A stretch of DNA of 64,000 nt from Octopus vulgaris (taxonomy: Eukaryota): contig OX597835.1 in the NCBI GenBank assembly GCA_951406725.2, forward strand, positions 32,488,001 to 32,552,000. Direction: 5' to 3'. Position numbers and translations under genes: made by a program. The notes under the pieces were generated by a model. That model was not told the DNA's origin. It saw nothing but the letters and a program-made list of their open reading frames with translations, and did no database searches. Of the stretch, positions 25,987 through 39,400 are shown piece by piece. Each line of letters opens with the position of its first letter. Positions within the stretch are counted from its first letter, which is position 1.

Positions 25987-26280
25987 GAGGCGCAATGGCC
26001 CAGTGGTTAGGGCAGTGGACTAGCGGTCGGAGGATCACAGTTTCAATTCCCAGACTGGGCGTTGTGCGTGTTTATTGAGCGAAAACACCTAAAGCTCCGC
26101 GAGGCTCTGGCAGAGGGTGGTGACGACCTCTGTTGTACTCTTTCGCCCCAACTTTCTCTCACTCTTTCTTCCTGTTTCTTGGGTAATGCTGCGATGGACT
26201 GGTGTCCCATCCAGCTGAGGGAAACACATACGCCATGGAAACCGGGCCCATGAGCCTGGCTAGGCTTGAAAAGGGTACAT
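25984..26280 (+). mobile_element. SINE family C (tRNA-derived head). Other copies 3861-4170(+), 6090-6382(-), 33599-33873(+)
   Basis: gtggaggcgcaatggcccagtggttagggcag...ggtttcgattccc head with a shared body. Confidence 0.85.
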
Positions 26281-27024
26281 AAAAAAAATAAAATATATAT
26301 ATATATATAAACACACACACACACACTCACTCACACATAAGTACACATATATATATATGACCACATGATCATTTACATATGAACATAAGCAGGTACATAC
26401 ACTAAACACACACACACTAACAGACATGCACTTAAAATCTTCACACACATATATATATATATATATATACACACACGCGCGCGCGCGACAGCTTTCTTTC
26501 AGCTTTCATCTACCAAATTCCAAGGCTTTGGCTAGCCTGGGGCTATAGAAGAAGATATTTGTTGAAGATGTCTTGCAATGAAACTGAACCAACGTCTTAA
26601 CCACACAGCCACATCTGTTCCTATAATACATAATTTATTAATTATGAAAAGATAACTAATTTCAACAGGATTAAATATCATAGATTATGTTTTATAATTC
26701 CTTCCTGACGAAACACCTTATTCGTTTCATTCTAATGAATGAATTATTTATCAATTTATGTATTATGTAATGATTATATGGTTGATGATGTTTATAACAT
26801 CGAAACAGCTGTAGAACGAATGTTTTCTGATTTTGGTACAAGGTCAGTAATTTTAAGGGAAAGGGATTAATCAATACCATTGACTTACACTTTATTTCAC
26901 TGACCCCAGAAGGGATGAAAAGCAAAAAGCTGACCTTGATGAAATTGAAATCAAATTATAAAGAGCCAGAACAATAACTCTAACGGAATTTTTATAGGCA
27001 AACCAAAAAATGCGTACACACACT

Positions 27025-27070
<46 letters not shown>

Positions 27071-27845
27071 AATAAAAAGGGGTTTGTATGATTGTGTATA
27101 GAGGGATATATATTATTCAAAGAAATTCCAACTCTGTTTTTATGTTTTATTTATATTCTTTATAATATTAATGTAGAATATAGAATATATAAATAATATA
27201 TATATAGTAAAATGAAATGAAGTATTTATTGTCTTATTGAATAAATGAAATATTGAATATCAAATATTAAGGGACTAGTATACTTTCTTGCATTTAAGCA
27301 GTCTTCAAGGTCCCAGGATTTGACAGGAGTGTTTCAACATACATACATATATATATAAAAACACACAAACATACATACACATTCTTTTATTTGTTTCAGT
27401 CATTTGACTGAGGCCATGCTGGAACACTGCCTTTTGTCAAGCAAATCGATCCCAGGACTTATTCTTTGTAAGCCTACTATTTATTCTATTGGTCTCTTTT
27501 GCTGAATAGCTAAGTTACAGGGACATAAATATACCAACATCAGTTGTCAAGCAATAGTGGGGGAACAAACACAGATACACAAACATACACACACATACAT
27601 ACACATACATACACACATATATATATATATATATACATGATAGGCTTCTTTCAGTTTCTGTCTACCAAATCCACTCACAAGGCATTGATCAGCCTGAGGC
27701 TATAGCAGAAGACACTTGCCTAAGGTATCACACAGTGAGACTGAACCCAGAACCATGTGGTTGGTAAGCAAGCTTTGTATCACACAGCCACTCCTGCACC
27801 TGTATATATCCATACATACATGCACAGATGTATACACAAACATGC

Positions 27846-27876
<31 letters not shown>

Positions 27877-28437
27877 CACACACACACATACAGACTTATA
27901 CAAATATACATTTTGATCATGTGTGAGAGTGTTTATGTGTGTATGAAATATATGTGAGTTAACTCCTTTCCTAAGAAGCTTATTTATGTCTACATCCATA
28001 GAGATTTGTGTTTCTGTGTCTTTTTTCTTTCTTTTTGCGTGTGTTTGTGTTTCTTTTTGTCTGTTATCTGTTATGCAAAAATTTCGATAGATACATTAGT
28101 CTCCTTGTTATCAAAATCAAACGTGTTTTGGCACCGAAATCATTGTTAGATATAAATTAGGATTTGACTTTTGATTAATGACCCTTACTTCTATATAAGT
28201 GTGTGTGTATGTATGTTTGTATATATGTGTATGTATGCATATATATATGTTTACACCTGTGTATGTTTGGTTGTGTATACGAACATACACATACAGAGAG
28301 ATTGTATTGAAAATGGCTCTACATTGAACCACTTTCAGTTTTGAATTGTGCTAAACACATAATTCTGATGAAAACAAAACCATTATATGGAAGTCTGAGA
28401 GTTATTCCTGGAATTTAGTGTTAACTTTTTTGCTTAG

Positions 28438-28518
28438 AACAACAACATGAAGAACACGTTAAGTGGCCATAACATGATTAATGTGTTGTCACTTCAACAT
28501 GAGCAGTGTGGCAGGAAG
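28438..28518 (+). CDS. Candidate 81-nt exon E (NNNMKNTLSGHNMINVLSLQHEQCGRK in phase 0)
   Basis: ttttttgcttAG acceptor and AAG|GTAAGA donor; length divisible by 3; identical inverted copy at 44652-44732. Confidence 0.35.
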
Positions 28519-31198
28519 GTAAGAATGGTCTAGGCATTGATTAAATACCTTTCATTATTTAAACCTGTGTTTTACATTCTATGTTCTTTTCTTACTCACT
28601 TATAATTTTTTTTAGAGGTTGAAGTAAACCACTTCTAGCAGAGATATATTTGTCTCTTGGGTAGGGGTTGTTTTTTCTTTTTGTTTCACTTAAAGCCAGT
28701 TACCCATTTTCCATAATGTCTAAGTGACAGAGATCACAATCGTGCCAATGAATGGGACACCAACCCATTGCAGGGTTTAATCTTTTGGGATTTAAATCAG
28801 CTTTATATGGCCCAAGTAGTCTGCCTGTTTTATACTCAAACTGACTAGAAGTGGCCTGTCTCACCAACCTAACAATATCATTCCAAAACTTAACAGTTAC
28901 CTCATCAAAATTTCAAAGCAAGAAGATAACCTTGATATGTTTCAACCAGTATAGGCCCAGGCCATGTCTAATACCCATCATGACAGCCTGTCTAATAAGG
29001 GTACATCACAACTACGTGTGCAATATGATGATCAAAAATTGCGATAAACATCACATGACTTTGTAGGTGGAAACTCAGTTAGAATTTTACTCTAGGTCAA
29101 GTAGCCCATCTTGCTCAGAAAGTCCCTGAATAAGGGTCGTTTAAAGATGTTGAATGAAACATCCATGTTTCCAGAGGTGAATTATTCAAACCCCAAAGAA
29201 TCCCTCTCAATACATGACTATGACGCTTCCCCACTACTCCTGCTTGTGGGCAGAGATGCACATATCGTCAGCCTCTAATGGACATACTCATTTGGTTATG
29301 GTCAAACAACTGACAAGCAAATCTATGGTATGGTGCAGAATATTTGTTGTAGCCCATCTTTTACACCAAGACAAAATATGTACATAATAACACCCCCAAT
29401 CAGTTAAGATCAGAAGCCTTGAAAGTCAGTGCCTGATATTGCATCAGGTCTTTTATTATTATTATTATTATTATCATCATTATACTCTTCTTTCAATTTT
29501 ATTTCCATTTCTTGCTGAGTGTCTACCCAACACCTAGGGCAAAGAAACTCCCTGTATACATTGGTAGGCCATTAAACTAAAGACACCAGATTGTTCATTT
29601 ACAAAGTCACATGACAGAAAAAGGGGGAAGAAACACAAAAAGAAAGAAAGGAAAAATCTATCTATAAATGGCATGATGTGTGTGTGTACGTGATTGTAAT
29701 TTATGCACGTCCACAAATTAGCATGCATGTTGCTCCAATTTTAGGAGGACATTCGTCAACACCCTATCTGGGTTTTGTCAACTTATTTTTTTCCCAAGGC
29801 ACCCACGGATAGCGGTAAAAATCTATTTTCAGCAATAGCTTTTAGCAGTAAAAATCTATTTTCAGCCATAGCTTTTACCTATTTTGAAGGTTGTTAACAT
29901 GAGTTAAGTCCCTTCTAGCCATAGCCAAGCGAAAGTGTGTGTGTGAGGGAGAGAGAGAAGTTGTGTGTTGATGTATGTGTGTGAGGGAGAGAGAGTGTTT
30001 TGCAACGTCTAACAAAAATAGTAAAGAAAATGCATGTGTAAGAAAGAGTGGGAGATAGTTTGAGAGTGTCTAACAAGAAAAAAACACAAGGTAAAGAAAA
30101 GTGGAAGAGAGGCAGAGAGTTTCACAGCATCTAAACAAAAAAAAAGGGAGAGACAAAGTGAGAGAGAGGGAGAGTAAGTGACGATGTTCATAAAAAATAA
30201 AATGTAAAATGTTTTGTTTTTTCTTAAACAAGCTGTGTGGAAGCCATCGTGTGTATGTGTGAGGAGTGGCTGTGTCGTAAGTAGCTTGCTAACCAACCAC
30301 ATGGTTCCGGGTTCAGTCCCACTGCGTGGCATCTTGGGCAAGTGTCTTCTGCTATAGCCCCGGGCCGACCAATGCCTTGGTAGACGGAAACTGAAAGAAG
30401 CCTGTCATATATATGTATGTGTATGTGTTTGTCTGTCTGTGTTTGTACCCCTAGCATTGCTTGACAACCGATGCTGGTGTGTTTACGTCCCCGTCACTTA
30501 GCGGTTCGGCAAAAGAGACCGATAGAATAAGTACTGGGTTTACAAAGAATAAGTCCCGGGGTCGAGTTGCTCGACTAAAGGCGGTAGGCGGTGCTCCAGC
30601 ATGGCTGCAGTCAAATGACTGAAACATGTAAAAGAGTAAGAGATATAGTGTTCAAATTCAGAATGTTTTTGAAAGATACTATATTTTATAATCATAGTAT
30701 ATATACTTTCTCACACAACAATTACAATATATTTATTTTAAATCGTTCCTCTTTCTCCTCCCTCTCTCTCACAGAAACATTACTTTGGGTGCGAAAGAGT
30801 TTTGTTTTTCTTTTACGCCAAGTAAAAAAGTGTTCTGTTGAGAATCCATTTACTTAACAACAAAGAGGTAGGTAACAGTTTGTCAGTGAATTACACAATA
30901 TAAATGGGTACAATTTCTGAAGCTTCCACCACACCCCACTCCGTTTCATGGACCACAAAAAGGGTTTTGTAGGCCAGAGTAGTTGCTTCCACACTAAAAA
31001 ACAATGTTTTTTTCTTTGTGAAAATCGTGTGAGTGTTAATCTACAAATTTAACAACATTTTTTCCATTCATTTCTGTTTATGAACATGTATGCATGCACA
31101 AAACATGCAATAGGTGTACGTACATGTGTGTTCGTATGTGTTGATCGTATATATTTATATTATATATATATATTATATAATATATATATTATATAATA

Positions 31199-31243
<45 letters not shown>

Positions 31244-31399
31244 CCAATTTCAATGGATTTCACCCAAATTTGACATCGATATTACTTAGTTCGGTTTGAA
31301 ATAAAGAACTAGATTAGCTTAATAATCTTAACTTAATTCCGGGTTATACTGCTAGTAGAAAATAATGTGGAAATTCACAGCAACAATGCTGTTCTCAAT

Positions 31400-32680
31400 A
31401 CATGTGATGTACCAGTTATGATAATCTTTTGCAGTTCCTGAAAGGATGGTAAGCCAGGGATTATCCTCAAATAATTTTCAGTTCCCTTTTTGATCATTCC
31501 AATTACTCCTACAATTACTGGTATTGTAACCATCTTGAGATACCACATCATTTTTCATTTTAATCATCAAATCTTTATATTTTCTAAGCATATCAAATTC
31601 TTTCGCTGTGATATTATGATCACAAGGTATGCTCTTGTCAATCAATAAGCTGACTTTATTATTTTTTGTCCTTGACAACAATGTCTGGTTTATTAGCTTT
31701 GATTATTATTTTCATATACACTCAACAGTTGGAAAAAGAAAAGAATCCTAACATCGGGTTACAGCAAGTTGCCTTAGATGCCAAGAACCCTCCTACTGGG
31801 TTACATCAAGTAACCTTAGATGCCAAGAACCCACCTTAGTATCCTACCTGTCCCTAATAACACAGTTTTCTGGAGCTGTACTAAACTGGGTTATATGCCT
31901 ATTTCCTCTAGCTATCTGTTCAGATCTTTAAGGATAGTTCCCAATGCACCTATACCTACTGGGATTTATTTTTACCTGCACTTTCCCTAGTCTCTGTAAT
32001 TCAATATCTAGGTCCTTGTTCTTTGCTATTTTTTTTTTTTATATTTCTCATACAAACGTTTTCATCATTTGGGACTGTAAAGTCAATTATCTGGCACTTT
32101 CTATTCTCTTTATCTACTACTACTACTGCTACTAAATCAGGCCTTCTAGCTTCTATCACTCTGTCAGTCTGAATTAGTTACGCACTGGGGTCGATATAAT
32201 CGACTTAATCCCTTTGTCTGTCCTTGTTTGTCCCCTCTGTGGTAGTAAAGAAAAAAAAAATATTATTAATATTATTATTATTATTTCATATAGGTACAAC
32301 AGAATAAACTGCTAACATCAGGATACAGGTAACCTTAGATGCCAAGAACCCACCTAAGTATTCTAGCTGTCCCTAATAACACTGTTTTCTGGAACTGCAC
32401 TAAACTAGATTTTATGCCTATTTCCTCTATCCATCTGTTCAAATTTTTAGGGTTAGTTCCTAATGCATTTATAACTACAGGGGTACATTTTGCTCGCACT
32501 TTCCATTGTCTCTGTAAATCAATGGCTAGGTTCTGGTACATTGACTTTCTCATCATTTAGGACTGTAAAGTCAATTATCTGGCACTTTCTAATCTCTTTA
32601 TCTACTACTATGACACTTTCTGTTCTCTTTATCTACTACTACTAAATCAGGCCTTCTAGCTTCTATTACTGTCAGTCTGA
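31400..32680 (-). mobile_element. Cluster of degraded R4/Dong-like RLE 3' fragments, partly tandemly duplicated
   Basis: ORFs 31478-31681 (LLID..KYKDL) and 32335-32556 (PVVINALG..QKTVLLGTARILR); ccttagatgccaagaaccc occurs three times. Confidence 0.75.
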
Positions 32681-32733
32681 ATTATTATTATTATTACCAT
32701 TATTATTTACTTTCTCTTTTATTTATTTTGCAG

Positions 32734-32898
32734 TATTATAAAATCTTAAAACAAAATGATGATAATAGTGAAGCTGGTGATAGAGGTGACCATGGTAATG
32801 AAAACGATGACATTGATGATGTTGAAGATGATGATGATGAAGATGACATTTATGATGTAAACCAACAAGACCAACTAATTAATGGACATGAAAATTAA
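32734..32898 (+). CDS. Candidate terminal exon F with acidic tail (YYKILKQNDDNSEAGDRGDHGNENDDIDDVEDDDDEDDIYDVNQQDQLINGHEN*)
   Basis: Strong acceptor (tttctcttttatttattttgcAG), protein-like open phase-0 frame to TAA, AATAAA at 33161. Linkage to MFSD11 is not proven. Confidence 0.4.
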   Translation, partial: YYKILKQNDDNSEAGDRGDHGNENDDIDDVEDDDDEDDIYDVNQQDQLINGHEN

Positions 32899-33530
32899 TG
32901 AAATGATTAACTAATCAAACAATGAAACAATATTATGAAAACTTGGTGGTGAAGTTGTTTTTGTATGATTTCAAATACGTGTAAAAAGCCTGATCACTCT
33001 TCAATTAAAATCATTAATAATCTACAGTAAAGACATGAACACCAGAGATTCACTCTGGCTGTACTTTATAAATATGTGACTTTTACGACAAAACATGAAC
33101 TCATTCAAAATGACTGAGGGGAACAAGAACAAAAAAAAAGCAAAAAGGGATAAAAAAAACAATAAATTAAAGAAAGACTGGAAAGGGAGTGTCATGTTTG
33201 GAAATTATTCTAAAACCTTGGTCCTATAATTATTTTTTGATGTCTGTGTGTGATATGCTTCTGTGTATGTATGTGTGTGTGTGTTTCTAAATAGTTTTCT
33301 ATTTTTTCTTTTATTTGTTTATTATTAGACTGTGGCCATGCCGGGGCACCACCTTGAAGAATTTTTAGTCGAATTAGCACCTGTGCTTTTTTTTTTTGTC
33401 CTTTTTTCCCCTAAGCCTAAGCTTGGCATTCGTCCTATTGGTTTCTTTTGCTGAACAGTTAAATTATGGGGACATAAACACCCCAACACTGTTTGTCAAG
33501 TAGTGGGGAGGATAGACACAAAGATACACA

Positions 33531-33599
<69 letters not shown>

Positions 33600-33870
33600 G
33601 GAGGCACAATGGCCCAGTGGTTAGGGCAGTGGACTCGTGGTCGTAGGATTGCGGTTTCGATTTCCAGACCGGGCGTTGTGAGTGTTTATTGAGCGAAAAT
33701 ACCTAAAGCTTCACAAGGCTTTGGCAGGGGGGTGGGTGGCGATCCCTGCTGTACTCTTTTGCCACAACTTTCTCTCACTCTTTCTTCTGTTGGCCTGCTT
33801 GCTTGGCCAGTGGGGTAGTGTCATTGTGACCAGTGATGTGTAGCAACATCTGATAGCCTGGTCGGTCACA

Positions 33871-33908
<38 letters not shown>

Positions 33909-34744
33909 AAATGGGACAAGGACGCAAAACATCCAGACAGGTGACACAAGATAGGGACAACAAAACATCGAGATAGACGATACAAAGCAAACAAGGACAG
34001 GTCATTCAGAATTTTCTTTCCTCAGTCGCGTTCCGGATTATCCTTGCAATTTCAGCTGGTTATACTCGAGATTGCTCCAATCTGGCCAGCCCCAAGGAAA
34101 AACTAAGCTAAGAGCATTAGATTCCTTGGAAGAAAGCAGCAAATGTATACGAAAACAAGGACGGAAAAATGGAGAAAGTTACATAAATACAAATAACAGG
34201 ACATAACAACAGGTGTCTTTTGACTAAGGATGAACTAAATTAAGCTGACGTGTGTGGAAATGAAGCCTTATGGCAGGGATATCGGATTTCACAAGCACAG
34301 GGAAGAATATAGATGCTGCACAGCCAATGGCTGAACCAAGAAAGAAAGGTCAGGCTTGGCCGAACACTGGTCACATGGGGAGAGAAGAGAAAGAGATAGA
34401 TGCTGAGGGACAAAATAAATTAGGAGGGGCGGGAAAAAATGACAGGGACACAGTGAAGTAAAAAGAGGAAGGAAAGTGAGTTTGAAGGGAAGGAAATGAA
34501 ATGTGAGAGAGGGGGAACGAAAGAACAAGTGGAATGAATAAAATAAGCATGAAAGGGCTGATAGAAAGAAAGAAGGAAGGAATAAAAGGACAAAAAAATA
34601 GAGTCCTACAAGATTTAGATAAATATATACTTACATGTAATATGTATATATATATATAAAAATACAAAATGGGACAAGAATGCAAAACATCCAGATAGTT
34701 AGGTGATACAAGAAAGGGACAACAAGACATACATATATATATTA

Positions 34745-35070
34745 AAGGAGCACTCCGTCGGTTACGACGACGAGGGTCCCAGCTGATACGATGAACGGAA
34801 CAGCTTGCTCGTGGAATTAACATGCAAGTGACTGAGCAAACCACAGACATGAGTACCGTTAACGTAGTTTTCAGGGAGATTCAGCGTGACACAGAGTGTG
34901 ACAAGGCCGGCCCTTTGAAATACAGGTACAACTCATTTTTGCCAGCTGAGTGGACTGGAGCAACGTGAAATAAAGTGTCTTGCTCAAGGACACAACGCAT
35001 CGCTGGGAATCGAACTCACGACCTTACAATCGTCAGCTGAATGCCCTAACCACTAAGCCATGCGCCTTCA
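34745..35070 (-). mobile_element. SINE family D (tRNA head + gtgtccttgagcaagacact core)
   Basis: Reverse complement reads ggcgcatggcttagtggttaggg..gagttcgattccc (A/B boxes); single copy in the window. Confidence 0.65.
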
Positions 35071-35072
35071 CT

Positions 35073-35120
<48 letters not shown>

Positions 35121-35757
35121 TACAACATACTTCTTTCAGTTTACATTTACCAAATCTAAGGCCTTGGTTGGCCAGAGGCTATAGTAGAAGACACTTGCCT
35201 AAGACTATAGAAGACACTTGCCCAAGACTATAGAAGACACTTGCCCAATGAGCTACACAGTGGAACTGAACCTGGAACCATGTGTTTGGGAAGCAAGCTT
35301 CTTACCACAGAGCCATGCAAAGAGTAAAGGCTTAAAACCCTTTTGGAAATGAAAGACCATGAGATTGCATGTAGAAAGGTATCCCACAAAGCATAAGTCC
35401 AGGCAAGGTTGTTTATGGTTGACCAGCAGTCACCCATGCATACAAGCCTCCCTTCTCCATGCCACTGATTTTATCCAAAGGAAAGACAAAGACTAATACT
35501 CAGTTCTTCAGCTGAGTGAAATAGAGTGTCTTGCTCATATATATATATGCATACATATATACTCTTTACTTGTTTCAGTCATTTGACTGCGGCTATGCTG
35601 GAGCACCGCCTTTAATTGAGCAACTCGACCCCGGGACTTATTCATTGTAAGCCCAGTACTTATTCTATCGGTCTCTTTTGCCGAACCGCTAAGTGACGTG
35701 GACATAAACACACCAACATCGGTTGTCAAGCAATGCTAGGGGGACAAACACAAACAT

Positions 35758-35788
<31 letters not shown>

Positions 35789-35957
35789 CATATATACGAC
35801 GGGCTTCTTTCAGTTTCCATCTACCAAATACACTCACAAGGCTTTGGTCGGCTCGAGGCTATAGTAGAAGACACTTGCCCAAGGTGCCACGCAGTGGTAC
35901 TGAACCCGGAACCATGTGGTTGGTAAACAAGCTACTTACCACACAGCCACTCCTGCG

Positions 35958-35992
<35 letters not shown>

Positions 35993-36205
35993 CCGTCCAA
36001 CCCATGCTAGCATGGAAAACGGACGCTAAACGATGATGATGATGATTTGCCACATAAATGTGGCTAACGACTAAGAGTGGATGCTATTGTAGCTTGTAGC
36101 CCCAGGAGAACATCTCCAGCTGGCTATAGACACACTTTCTATGCCCTATCAGTATTTGCGAAGGGAAGCCACCCTCCCTATCATCAACCTGACATGATAT
36201 GAATA

Positions 36206-36238
36206 GACCCGAGTTTCTGGATATTTACCCATCATCAG
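36206..36238 (-). ncRNA. Minimal hammerhead-ribozyme core (Penelope-type)
   Basis: CUGAUGA-UGGGU(AAAU)AUCCA-GAAAC-UCGG-GUC; stem I pairs poorly. Confidence 0.55.
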
Positions 36239-36474
36239 CGCACGACAATCACCGGTCTTCGATGCGAAGGGATCCCAATGCAGATACATCTATCCTTTTT
36301 CCAGTGTCGAAAAGCCACTGATCTCGAAAAAGTGTAAACAAGCAATAATATATCTCTGTGGCTAACCACCCTCAGTGGTTGGCCACATTTATATGTCAAA
36401 TATACTTCACATTGTTGTGCAGCTACTGTTTATACCTGGTTCAGAGATTTATTATTGCTTATTATATATATATA

Positions 36475-39400
36475 TCATCATCATCATCATCATCATCGTT
36501 TAACGTCCGTTTTCCGCGCTAGCACGGGTTGGACGGTTCGACCGGGGTCTAGGAAGCCAGGGGCTGCTCCAGGCTCCAGTCTGATCTGGCAGAGTTTCTA
36601 CGGCTGGATGCCCTTCCTAACGCCAACCACTCTGCGAGTGTAGTGGGTGCTTTTTACGTGCCACCTGCACAGGTGCCGGCATCGGTCACGATCGGTTGGA
36701 GCTTTTAACGTGCCAGCGGCACGGAAGCCAGCCAAGGCGGCGCTGGCAACGTTCAGATGGTCTTTTTATGTGCCATCAGCACAGGAGCCAGTCGGGGCGG
36801 CGCTGGCATCGGCCACGTTCGGATGGTGCTTTTTATGTGCCACCGGCACAGAAGCCAGTCGGGGCGGCGCTGGCATCGGCCACGTTCGGATAGTGCTTTT
36901 TATGTGCCACCAGCACAGGCATCACAACTACTATTTCCATTGATATTTATTTCGACGTTCATGTTCATGTACTTGACTCAACAGGTCTCCTCAAGCACAG
37001 CGGGACGTTCTGGGATCCGGGATACTTTGAATGAGCAGGAGCTATGCGGAACTGATGCAGGAAGCAGCCCGGGTCTTTGCAGTCACAGCATATCTCCAGA
37101 GATCTCGGTCCTTCGCCATTGCCTCAGTGAGGCCCAACGCTCTGAGGTCATGCTTGACTACCTCATCCCATATCTTTCTGGGTCTACCTCTCCCCCTGAT
37201 ACCTTCAACTGTTTGGGAATGGCACTTCTTCACACATCTCTCCTCATCCATCCGCAGCACATGACCATACCATCGCAAGCGTCGCTCTTGCACACCACAT
37301 CTGATGCTCACACTCTGTCGTGCGTGCACACTGACATTACACATCCAGCGGATCATGCTAGCTTCATTTCTTTCAAGTCTACGCATGTCCTCTGCAGTCA
37401 CAGCCCATGTTTCACTACCGTGAAGCATGGCAGTTCGCACACATGCATCATACAATCTACCTTTCGCTCTGAGGGAGAGACTCTTTGTCACCAGTAGGGG
37501 TAGGAGCTTTCTGAACTTTGCCCAGGCTATTCGTATTCTAGTGGTGATACTCTCTGTGCATCCACCTCCACTACTAACTTGGTCACCCAGGTAGCGGAAA
37601 CTATCAACTACTTTTAGTTTCTCTCCCTGGAGTGTGATGGAATCTGTTTTCTGAGTGTCTGTGGTGTCTATTGTCTCTGTGCATCTGCCGCACATGAAAG
37701 CTATCTTATCTGTTAATATCCCTTTAATGTTGCTGCACCTCTTGTGCGTCCATAGCTTACATTGGGTGCATCTTATGGAGTTTTTACCTACACCTTTCCT
37801 ACAGATCGAGCAGGGCCACCTGCCCGAGGGTGTGTGTGCTGAGTTCGCCTTTCTGCTTACTATAACTTTGGTCTTTGCTACATTTACTCTAAGGCCCTTT
37901 GATTCTAACCCTTGCTTCCACACCCGAAATTTCTTTTCTAGTTCCGGTAGTGATTCTGCTATGAGAGCCAGGTCATCAGCATAGAGGAGCTCCCAGGGGC
38001 ATCCTGTTTTGAATTCCTCTGTTATTGCCTGGAGGACTATGATGAATAAAAGGGGACTGAGAGCTGAGCCTTGGTGCACACCTACTTCTACCGGGAATTC
38101 TTCACTATATTCGTTGCCAATCCTAACCTTGCTGACAGCCTCTCTGTATAGAGCCTGTACAGCCCTTATTAGCCATTCGTCAATCTCCAGTTTCCACATT
38201 GACCACCAGATAAGGGAACGGGGAACCCTGTCAAAGGCTTTCTCCAAGTCCACAAAAGCTATGTAGAGGGGTTTATCTTTAGCTAGGTACTTCTCCTGCA
38301 GTTGTCGGACCAGGAATATAGCATCAGTGGTGCTTCTACCCGGCACAAAACCGAACTGCATTTCATCTAAGCAAATTCTCTCCCTAATGAGATGGGTTAT
38401 GACCCTCTCTGTGACCTTCATCACCTGATCCAACAGTTTTATACCCCTGTAGTTATTTCTATCTAGAGCATCACCTTTACCCTTGTAGCAGTTGACTATG
38501 GTGCTGCTACGCCAGTCATTGGGTATGACTCCATTATGAACTACCTGGTTTACAATGCAGGTGGCTAGGCCATAGCCAGCTGTTTTAAGCATCTCAGCAG
38601 TGATTCCTGATGGGCCGGGGGCTTTACCTGGTTTCATATCCTTAATTGCCTTAACTACTAGGGAGCTGTCTATTCGGGTAGCTGGTCCCTCTACTGGGTC
38701 AACATTTGGCAGGCTCTCCTCCTCCCATTCATTCTCCTCATTCAGCAGTCTTTCATAATGGCTTCTCCAAGCCTCTTTCTTTTCACTAACAGTAAAAGCA
38801 AGTGCCCCATCATCCATGCGGACACATTTCTCTCCTGTAACATCACTATTTTCTCTGACACACTGTCTGGCAATCCGAAATACCTCAGCTCTTTGGTCCT
38901 CACGTCGCTGGACATTGGCAAACTTCTTCTTTTCTGCTACATCTTTGGCTATGTATATCTGCCGCCCAGCCTCCCTTTTGGCTACCTGGTACAGTTCCCT
39001 GCTGCCCCCATCCCTCCAGGCTTTCCAGGCCTGTCTCTTTGCACTAATGGCTTTGTCTACTGCACTATTCCACCACCATGTAACTCTAGATATGGAAGGG
39101 ACTTTGCACCATCCACAGACTCGGTCTGTGGCACTCAGCAAGCTGTTCCGTAGGAATTCCCAGCTACCTTCTATGTCTGACGTCTGAAGCTCCTCCTCCC
39201 TCTCATCAAATTTCTTGATGAGTATGTCCCTAAATCTCTGACCATAGCTTCCAAATCCTTCTTTTCTGGATTGGTCTGTTTCTTGGAGTCCTTCTGGCCT
39301 CAAGCTTAAAGTCACTGATGATTAGTCTATGCTGAGGGATACATTCTTCACCCGGGAGGGTCCTTGTATTCAAGAGCGACCCTGTATCCCGCTGTGTGGT

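Noticed and set aside
25984-26060. tRNA genes
   Set aside because: The tRNA-like A/B boxes are SINE heads continuing into repeat bodies; no complete cloverleaf.
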